Both the position numbers and the translations under genes were made by a program. The notes beneath the pieces are model-generated. The model did not search any database and was not told where the DNA came from. It saw only the letters and a program-made list of their open reading frames with translations. Positions 54,443-64,000 of a stretch of DNA of 64,000 nt are shown here, in pieces (the first letter of the stretch is position 1; each line of letters begins with the position of its first letter). The stretch lies in assembly GCF_009914755.1 (NCBI RefSeq), contig NC_060929.1. One strand, 5' to 3'. This DNA comes from the human T2T-CHM13v2.0 reference genome, Homo sapiens.

Positions 54443-54754
54443 ATTTATTTATTTATTGAGACAGAGTCTCACTCTGTCACCCAGGCTGGAGTGCGGTGGC
54501 TCACCATCTTGGCTCACTGCAATCCCCGCCTCCTGGGTTCAAGCGATTTTCCTGCCTCAGCCTCTCAAGTAGCTGGGACTACAGGCTCCTGCCACCACGC
54601 CCAGCTAATATATTTTTTTTGTGTGTGTGTTTTTAGCAGAGACAGGGTCTCGCCACGTTGGCCAGGCTGGTCTTGAACTCCTGATCTGAGGTGATCCACC
54701 CGCCTCGGCCTCCCAAAGTGCTGGGATTACAGGCGTAAGCCACTGTGCCCGGCC
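54443..54754 (-). mobile_element. AluSx-like
   Basis: Reverse Alu ending 'gccactgtgcccggcc'; TSD tttt(g/a)gtataatttt. Confidence 0.95.
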
Positions 54755-54764
54755 CCTTTTAGTA

Positions 54765-55522
54765 TAATTTTATTTTTAGTTGTCAAATAATAATTTTATA
54801 TATTATGAGGTACAATGTGATGTTTTGAAATATGTATACATTGCAGAATGACCAAATCAGGTAAGTAGTATAGTATATCCATCTCTTCAAATATTTATGA
54901 GCTCTTTGTAATGATGATATTTAAAATCCCTATTTTGAATGTACAATCCACTATCATTAACTATAGTCACCACGCCATGCAATAGAACACCAGAACTTAT
55001 TCCTCCAATCTTACTGTATCACTGCACCCACTGACCAATATTTCCCCTTTTACCATCCAACCCCACACTGCAGCCCCTGGTAACCACCATTCTACTCAAT
55101 ACTTCCATGAGTTTGACGTCTTTAGATTCCAGATATAAATGAGACCATATGATATTTGTCTCTGTCTCTGGCTTATCTCACTTTACCTATGTCTTCTAGG
55201 TTCATCCATGTTGTCACAAATGACAATATGTTCTGTTTTTCTAAAGCTGAATTTTATTGCATTATGTATATATAGCACATTTTTAAAAATCTACATATTG
55301 ATGGATACTTGGGTTGTTTTCATATGTTGACTATTTTGAATAGTGCTGCAGTAAACATGAGAATGCAGACACTTCCTTGGCATACTGATTGCAATTCCCC
55401 TGGGCATATATTCAGTATAGGGTTGCTGGATCATATTGTAATTCTATTATTAGTTTTTTGAGAAACTTCATACGGTACTAATTTACAATACTACCTTTTC
55501 TCCACATCATCACCAACACTTT
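54765..55522 (-). mobile_element. L1MA-type 3' end
   Basis: 'ggtacaatgtgatgttttgaaatatgtatacattgcagaatg...ggtaaccaccattctactc...gttgctggatcatattgtaattctatt'. Confidence 0.85.
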
Positions 55523-55557
55523 TGTAAGGTTCTTGACCAACAAGTGGTCAAGAGTAC

Positions 55558-55929
55558 TATCTCAGTCAGTTTGGACTGCTATAATAAGTTACCAAAAGAT
55601 TGGGTGGCTTAAACAATAAGCATTGATTTCTCATAGTTCCAGAGCTGGGAAGTCCAAGATTAAGGTGCCAGCAGATCTCGTGTCTGATGAGGCCATAGTT
55701 TCTGGTTTGCAAACAGCCATCTTCCCCTTGTATTTTGACAAAGCTGAGAGGGCAGCAGAGAAAGAAAGAAAGTTCTCTTGTCTCTCCCTATAAGTCACCA
55801 ATCCCATGATGAGGGCTCTAGTCTCATGAACTCATCACATTTCAAAGAACTCACCTCCAAATAACATCACATTGGCAATTTAGGCTTCAATATGAATTTT
55901 GGGGGAACGCAAATATTCAGTTCATAGCA
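55558..55929 (-). mobile_element. MLT1A solo LTR
   Basis: 'tatctcagtcagtttggactgctataa...gggaagtccaagattaaggtgccagcagat...ttcagttcatagca'; TSD agta(c/t). Confidence 0.85.
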
Positions 55930-57189
55930 AGTATATACTAAATATATATGCACACTATATTTATGTATGCTATCTTATTATAGATCATACAAAACCTTCA
56001 ACTGTCCTCTATATTGTGGTCTTTATTCCTTTTCTTTATACATAATGACTATTACTTGGCCTTTAGTCCACTTATTATCCTTTTTTTATTACATTGGCCT
56101 TCCTTGAAATAGCAAAGTTTAAAGTATATTTAACATCTTTTTTTGTTGCACCCAAAGCACCATTTGCTTAACTGCAAAGTAATATAATTTAGTAATAGTG
56201 TGCAAATTATATTATGATAATTCATTAGGAATAGAATACTAATAGCCTTGGATGATATACAAGTATAGTCAACTGAGTCGCATGGCTAGAGTACCAACAT
56301 AGATGGATATGTGAAGGAACAGCTTACAGATCACAAGAGTGTAGTGATCCCACAATAATCCCACCTAACTCAGGTTATTAATACAGTGTTAATTAAAATA
56401 CTTGAATGTAATAAAGAGCAGAATTGCCTGAAATGATTACATATTTATTTTTTGATGAAAATTATCAGTATATTCAGTGTATCTGAGATTTATCTTTGAA
56501 AGTAGTAAAACGAACTATAATTGTCCATTTTATAGAAAGAAAAAAGAAAAATGATTAGGAAGAAGGGGAGAGAGAGGAGGAGGGGGAAATAATGTAAATG
56601 AAGAATTAAAGAATGAAGAAAAATAGTTACTAGTTGTATATAAATGAATGCTATGCAAAGGCACAGAACATCTTTTATAATTAATACCCTGAGTTGTGAA
56701 ATCTTTTCAAGATCAGAGCAGGTAAATATAACTCTTTCTACTCTTTCCTAAGCCTCAGCAGTGTTCATTCCCTCTAATATTGCATTAGTTACACAGTATT
56801 TGAAATATTTCATTATATATCACTCCCTCATGCTAGAATAAGATTTTTAAAAAAGATTTTTTATTTAATTACTATCACCAAGTACTATGGCTGTTTTAAA
56901 ATAGGTAGTATTTACTCAGGAAATGATTAAACAATTAAGAGATTAAATATGTTTTCTATTTGACTGATTAGCATAGGATAATGATTTGTATCTTTTCCTA
57001 TTTTTGGTAACTTCATTTTATTATGGTTTATAATTCAAAGTAAGGTCAGTGTTTTCCAAAACATTTAATACCCTTAAAGTTTTATATTTGGAAATGTTTA
57101 TTTACAAAAATATGATACCTCAAGTCTGAATCAGTCAGACTTCACTTATTCTAGTTAGTTAGATAACATGACTCAAAAAGCATGTTGGC

Positions 57190-57810
57190 TCATACACTGC
57201 TACTAGGAGACTAAACTAGTTCAGCCATGTTAGAGAGAGGTTTGGTTTAAAATGATTTTGCCATTCAACCCAGCAATCCCTTTACTGAATAATTACTGAA
57301 AGAAATATAAACCATTCTACCATAAAGATACATGCATAAATACATTCACCATAGCATTATTCACAATAGCAAAGACATGGGATCTACCTAGGTGTCCCTT
57401 AACAGTAGACTGAATAAAGAAAATATGGTGCATATATACCACAGAATACCATGAAGACACAAAAAGAATATTATGTCTTTTGCAAAAACATTGATGGAAC
57501 TAGAGGCTATTATGCTAACGATACTAACACACGAATAGAAAACCAAATACCACATGTTCTCACTTACAAGTGGGAGCTAAACATTGAGTACATATGGACA
57601 CAGAGAAGGAAACAACAGACACTGGGGCCTACTCGAGGGTGGAGAGTGGGAGGAAAGTGAGGAACAAACAACCACCTATTGGGTACCGTGCTGATTACCT
57701 GGTGATGAAAGAATTTACACCAAACCAAGTGACACACAATTTATCCATATTACAAACCTGAACATGTACCCCTGAACCTAAAATAAGAGTTGAAAAACAA
57801 AACAAAAAAC
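57190..57810 (+). mobile_element. L1PA16/L1PB-type 3' end
   Basis: 'ccattcaacccagcaatccc...cacatgttctcacttacaagtgggagctaaacattgag...acatgtacccctgaacctaaaataagagtt'. Confidence 0.88.
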
Positions 57811-58158
57811 ATTTTAGGAAACATAATATTAGTCTAAATCACTTGGTGATCTATATATATGCAGTATGTTTTGCCAAGACTAAGGAACATCAGTAATTCA
57901 TGTTACACTGTGTGCATATACACACAGACATAAACTACAATAATTTGGAAAATAGTTTTCTCCAACCGATGCATTCAAAAAAAAAAAGCAAACCTGTGAT
58001 ATTAATCCTCAGTTTAAGGTACGCTTTTTCCTATTGTCAAATCACTAAATAATCCTCCATTATTTATATAAGACAATATTATTTGAAGAAGGCATTAAAA
58101 TATATTTTTGGAAGTAATGCTTCACAGCAAGAGTTTAAGAAGAGAACCGCAAGTAGTA

Positions 58159-58271
58159 TTAGCTTGGTGCAAAAGTAATTGTGATTTTTGCACTAAAAGT
58201 AATGGTGAAATGTAATTAAAATGAAATTAAAAGTAATAATAGAAATGACAATTGCTTTTGCATCAACTCAG
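58159..58271. mobile_element. MADE1 MITE with about 33-bp internal expansion
   Basis: 'ttagcttggtgcaaaagtaattgtgatttttgc' to 'caattgcttttgcatcaact'; TA at 58157-58158 and 58272-58273. Confidence 0.85.
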
Positions 58272-58423
58272 TAGTTTCTAATGTACTATTTTTTTCTAGT
58301 TATTAAGCCTAGTGGTCTATGTAACTATTTTTTGCAAATTGCAAAACCCTATGCTATCAAATATACTTTGGGGCCATTTCAGTTCTTCATTTTTGGTCCT
58401 TTGATTTAGTTATGTTTCCTTCC

Positions 58424-58866
58424 TATTATGAGTTGAGTTGTGTCCCTCAAGAAAGATATATTGAAGTCTAATTCCCAATAGCTCAGAAGGTGATCTCCTT
58501 TGGAAATGGGGTATTTACAAAGATAATGAAGTTAAAATGAGGACATTATTGTTGGACCTAAACCAATATATCTGGATTCCTTATACAAAGAGGAGATTTG
58601 AACAAAAAGACAAACATATGCGGAGAAAGACAGTGTGAAAGCACATGGAGAATGTTATCTGCCAGTCAAGAAATGCTTGTGGCCACCAGAAGTTAGACAA
58701 GAGGCATGGAACAGATTCCTCCCCACAGCTCTCAGAGGAATCAACCCTGCCAGCACTTTGATTTTGGACTTGTACCCTTTGGAACTGTGAGGCAGTAAAT
58801 ATTCGTGATCCAAATTTTAACCACTTGAATTTGCTAATTTGTTATGGCAGTCTTGGAAACTAACAC
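58424..58866 (+). mobile_element. MLT1B-like solo LTR
   Basis: 'tattatgagttgagttgtgtccctc...gaggcatggaacagattcctcccc...gttatggcagtcttggaaactaacac'. Confidence 0.85.
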
Positions 58867-59157
58867 GCTCCACATACCCTTTCCCAAGATGTGGAAAATA
58901 TGTTACATTGCATTTCCAACAGGTGGGGTACAATGATAAAACAATTAATGAACTAAGAAAGGGTCATAGCACACAGTACTGAAAGAATTGAGGATGAGTG
59001 ATAAATGGGCACTTAGAGATAGCTTCAACTAGAAGTTGTTGAGTTTCTGGTTGGGGTTTAAAAGAAAGGGCAGATTTGCTGAGAATGAAAAGGAATAATT
59101 AATATGAAAGTCAAGTGAACTTAACTTGCAAAGTAAGACTCTTATAGGTCATGAAGA

Positions 59158-62100
59158 CAGGCATATCTTCTTTTATTATGCTTTGCTTTGTTGCCCTTCA
59201 CAGATGCTGTGGTTTTTTTGTTGTTGTTTTGTTTCATTTTGTTTATTTTTTTTAACAAATTGCAGAGTTGTGGCAACCTGCATTGAGAGCAAGTCTATCA
59301 GCATCATTTTTCAGTAGCATGTGCTCATATAATATGGAGAACTTAATGAATGAATACTGTGTGTATTCCAACTGCTCCACAGACTGGGCATTCCCCCATC
59401 TGTCCTTCCTTCTCCTCAGGCCCCCTATTCACTGACATGCCACAATATTAAAATTAGTCTGTTTTCACACTGCTGATAAAGACATGCCTGTGACTGGGCA
59501 ATTTACAAAAGAAAGAGGGTTAATTGGACTTATAGTTCTGCCTGTCTGGGAAGCCTGACAATCATGGTGGAAGGCAAGGAAGAGCAAGTCACGTCTTACA
59601 TGGATGGCAGCAGGCAAAGAGAGATTGCTTGTGCAGGGGAACTCCTATTTTTAAAACCATCAGATCTTATGAGACTTATTCACTATCACGAGAACAGCAT
59701 GGGAAAGACTTGCCCCCATGATTCAATTACCTCCCACTGGGTCCCTCCCACAACATTTAGGAATTCAAGATGAGATTTGGGTGGGGACACAGCCAAACCA
59801 CATCATTCCGCACCTGGTCCCTCCCATATCTCATATCCTCACATTTCAAAACCAGTTATGCCTTCCAGACGGTTCCCCAAAATCTTAACACATTTCAGCA
59901 TCAACTCAAAAGTCCACAGTCCAAAGTTCCATTGGAGACAAGGCAAGTCCCTTCCACCTATGAGCCTGTTATATCAAAAGCAGTTTAGTTACTTCCTAGA
60001 TACAGTTGGGGTCCAGGACTTGGGTAAATACAGCCTTTACAAGTGGGAGACATTGGCCAAAACAAAGGGGCTACAGGTCCCATGCAAGTCTGAAATCCAG
60101 CAGGGCTGTCAAATCTTAAAGCTCCAAAATGATCTCCTTTGACTCCATGCCTCACATCCAGGTCATGCTGATGCAAGAGATGGGTTCCTATGGCCTTGGG
60201 CAGCTCCACCCCTGTGGTTTTGCAGGGTACAGCCTCTCTCCTGGCTGCTTTCATGGGCTGGTCTTGAGTGTCTGCAGCTTTTCCAGGCATACAGTGCAAG
60301 CTGTCAGTGGATATACCATTCTGGGGTCTGGAGGAGAGTGACCCTCTTCTCATAGCTCAACTAAGCAATGACCCAGTAGGAACTCTGTGTGGGGACTCTG
60401 ACCCCACATTTCCCTTCTGCACTGCCCTAGTGGAGGTTCTCCATGAGAGCCCTGTCCCTGTAGCAAACTTGTGCCTGGACATTCAGGCATTTTCATACAT
60501 CTTCTGAAATCTAGGCAGAGGTTCCCAAACCTCAATTCTTGACTTCTGTGTACTCACAGATTCAACACCATGCTGGAACCGCCAAGCTTGAGGCTTGCAT
60601 TCTCTGAAGCCATGGCCCAAGCTCTATGTTGGCCCCTTTCAGCCATGGCTGACTGAGTGGCTGGGATGCAGGATACCAAGTCCCTAGGCTGCACACAGCA
60701 CAGGGATGCTAGGCCCAGGAAACCACTTTTTCCTCCTAGGCCTCCAGGCTTGTGATGGGAGGGGCTGCCTTGAAGACCTCTGACATGCCCTGGAGACATT
60801 TTCCACATTGTCTTGGGGATTAATGTTTGTCTCCTCATTACCTATGCAAATTTCTGCAGCTGGCTTGAGTTTCTCCTCAGAAATGGGATTTTGTTTTCTA
60901 TTGCATTGTCAGGCTGCAAATTTTCCAAACTTTTATGCTCTGCTTCCCTTATAAAACTGAATGCTGTTAACAGCACCCAAGTAAACTTTTGGGTTACTTG
61001 CTTTGCTGCTTAGAAATTTCTTCTGCCAGATACCCTAAATCATCTCTCTCAAGTTCAAAGTTCCACAAATATCTAGAGAAGGGGCAAAATGCTGCCAGTC
61101 TTTTTGCTAAAACATCTCAAGAGTCACCTTTGCTCCAGTTCCCACCAAGTCCCTCATCTCCATCTGAGACCACCTCAGCCTGGACCTTATTGTTCATATC
61201 ACTATCAGCATTTTGGTCAAAGCCATTCAACAAATCCCTAGGAAATTCCAAAATTTCCCATGCTTTCCTGTCTTCTACTGAGCCCTCCAAATTGTTCCAA
61301 CATCTGCCTGTTACCCAGTTGCAAAGTCACTTCCACATTTTTGGGTATCTTTTCAGCAATGCCCCGCTCTACTGGTACCGACTTACTGTATTAGTCTGTT
61401 TTCATGCTTCTAATAAAGATATACCTGGGACTAGACAATTTACAAAAGAAAGAGGTTTAATTGGACTTATAGTTCCACACGGCTGGGGAAGCCTCACAAT
61501 CATGGAAAAAGTCAAGGAAGAGCAAGTCTTGTCTTACACAGATGCCAGCAGGCAAGAGAACTCCTCTTTTTAAAACCATCAAATCTCATGAGACTTATTC
61601 ACTATCATGAGAACAGCATGAGAAAGACTTGCCCCCATGATTCAATTACCTCCCCAGGTCCCTCCCACAACACATGGGTATTCAAGATGAGATTTGGGTG
61701 GAGACACAGCCAAACCATACTAATTAGTAATCCTAAAACAGCCTCTTAGCATTCAAATAAAAAGAAGAGTTGCACATCCCTCACTTTCAACCAAAAGCTA
61801 GAAATGACACATTTATTAAGGAAAACATGTCAAAAGCTGAGAAAAGCTAAAAGGTAGGCTTCTTGCGCAAAACAGTGAGCCAAGATGTAAATACAAAGGA
61901 AAGGGCCTTGAAGGAAATTAAAAGCGCTACTCCATTGAACACATAAATGATAAGAAAGTGAACCAGCCTTATTGCTGATATGGTGAATGTTTTATTGGTC
62001 TTGATAGATGATCAAACTAGCCAGATTACCTTAAGACAAAGCCTAATCCAGTGCAAGACCCTAACTCTCTGAAATGTTATGAAGGCTGAAAGAGGTGAGA

Positions 62101-63701
62101 AAGCTGCAAGGAAAATTTGAAGTTAGAAATCATTGGTTCATGAAGTTTAAGAAAGAAGCCATCTCCATAACATAAAATTATGAGCAAAGTGAGCTAGCAA
62201 GTGCTGATGCAGAAGCTACACCGATTTATCTGGAAGGTCTAGCTGAGATCATTGATAAATGTAGCTACACTAAACAACAGATTTTTGATGGAGATAAAAC
62301 AGTCTTCCATTGGAAGAAGATTCTATCTAGGAGTTTCATAGCTAGAGAAAAGTCAACACCTGGCTTCAAAGCTTCAAAGTACAGGTTGACTCTCTTGTTT
62401 TAGGGGCTAATACATCTTGTGACTTTAAGTTAAAGCCATTGCTCATTTACCACTCCAAAAAAATCCCAGGATCTGTAAGAATTATGCTAAATCTACTCTG
62501 TACTCTATAAATAAAACAACAGAGCTGGGATGACAGCAGGTCTGTTTACAGCATGATTTACTGAATAGTTTAAGCCCACTGTTGAGACCTACTGCTCAGA
62601 AAAGAAAGACTCTTTCTAAATACTAATGCTCATTGATAAGGTACCTGGTCACCCAAGAGCTTTAATGGAGATGTGTAAGAAGATGAATATAGTTTTTATG
62701 CCTGCTAACACAACATCCATTCTGCAGCTCATGGGTCAAGAAGTAATTTTTTGATAGTTCAGTCTTACTAAGAAATGCATTCCTTAATGCTATAGCTGCC
62801 ATAAATACTGATTTGTCTGATGGATCTGAGCAAAAGAAATCTATAAACTTCTGGAAATGATTTACTTTTCTAGATGCCATTAAAATATTCATAATTAATA
62901 GACATCAAAATATTAACATTAATAGTTGTTTAAAAGAAATTGATTCCAATGCTCATGGATGACTTTTACACCAGTGGAGGAAGTAACTCAAGATATGTTG
63001 GAAATAGGAAGAGGGCTAGTATTAGAAGTGAGGCCTGTAAATGTGACTGAAATGCTGCAATCTCATGACAAAGGTTGAATGGGTTAGGAGTTGCATAACA
63101 TGGAAAAACAAAGAAATTGGTTTCTTGAAATGGAATCTACTCTTTGTGAAGATGATGTGAACATTGTTTAAATATTAAAAAAAAGACTTACCATATTATA
63201 TAAACTTAGTTGCTAAAGCAGTGGCAAGGCTTGAGATAATTGACTCCAATTTAGAAAGAAGTTTCACTGTGGGTAAAATGTCATTAAACAGTATTCCACG
63301 TGACAGAGAAATTTTTGTGGGGAAAAAAAAAAAACAAAGTCAGCAAATGTCATTGTTGTCTATTTTAAAATTGTCACAGTGACCTTAACCTTCAGCAAAC
63401 ACCATCCTTATCAGTCAGCAGCCATTAGCAACAAGGCAAGGCTCCCCATCAGGAAAAAAGATTACAACTGGCTAAAGGCTCAGATGAATGTTAGTATATT
63501 TAGCAATAAAGTATTTTTGAACAAAAGCATGTACGTTTTTTAAATATGATGCTATTTTGCACTTAATACATTACAGTGTAGTATAAACATACTTTTATAT
63601 ATCTTGGTAAGACAAATAATTTTTGTGGCTTGCTTGTTTGTGATGTTCTCTTTGTTGCAGTGGTCTGGAACAAAACCAACAGTATCTCTGAGATATGTCT
63701 G
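59158..63701 (+). mobile_element. Tigger1 DNA transposon, near full length, split by THE1
   Basis: 5' end 'caggcatatcttcttttattatgctttgc', 3' end 'gtggtctggaacaaaaccaacagtatctctgagatatgtctg' followed by TA; decayed transposase between about 61720 and 63300. Confidence 0.92.
59453..61719 (-). mobile_element. Full-length THE1 (THE1A-like) MaLR provirus: LTR 59453-59805, internal 59806-61386, LTR 61387-61719
   Basis: Two direct-repeat LTRs ('attagtctgttttca...gagatttgggtgg...cacagccaaacca') flank about 1.6 kb of THE1-int ('aaagctccaaaatgatctcctttgactccatg'). Confidence 0.95.
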
Positions 63702-64000
63702 TAACTTAGAATAAAAAACAAACTCCTGTAACAAGATGGTGATTCTCTTCTCTAAAGTTCATAGAATCAAGGTGTCTAAAACATGATTATGATGCAGAAA
63801 GATATATGTATATAATCTGCCACAATAACCCAGTGAATTCTGCATTTGGAAAAGAAACGTATCACTAGATTGTTCTAACAATGTATGGGCAAGGAAAGAA
63901 ATGCTACAATTAAAAGACAATTGAAGGTTTGCAAATAACAACCCAGAAATTAGATGGAAAATACAGTTCAAGGGATAGTGAATAAATTCCACCACCATTG

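Noticed and set aside
55531-55553. 9-bp-arm hairpin tcttgacca/tggtcaaga between L1MA and MLT1A
   Set aside because: Short enough to occur by chance in 64 kb, with no supporting context.
60989-61573. 194-aa ORF, the longest in the window
   Set aside because: Lies in THE1 internal and LTR sequence on the strand opposite the element, and has no recognisable domain.
61720-63300. Domesticated Tigger transposase gene
   Set aside because: No + strand ORF of 60 aa or more is listed over the transposase region, so it is heavily disrupted.

Overview
This is AT-rich, CpG-depleted primate (human-like) genomic DNA, either intergenic or deep intronic. I find no credible host protein-coding exon, RNA gene or CpG island. 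The only recognisable protein-like ORFs are decayed LINE-1 ORF2 fragments; the rest are repeat read-throughs or random short ORFs. The window is a mosaic of interspersed repeats: 11 Alu copies or fragments, two 5'-inverted L1PA7/8-like insertions, several L1 3' ends, MaLR/ERVL LTRs, DNA transposon relics (MER44, MER47A, MER2, MER20, two MADE1) and old MIR/L2/L3 fragments. A near full-length Tigger1 is split by a full-length two-LTR THE1 provirus. I found no evidence for a new biological system. The most notable observations are structural: the two differently rearranged inverted L1s, the nested THE1 with atypical junctions and intact DUX4 motifs, a close inverted Alu pair, an ultra-truncated Alu with a perfect TSD, a collapsed mini-LTR, and palindromes that may reflect template switching. 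Repeat family names come from remembered consensus sequences, not a database search, so subfamily calls are approximate.
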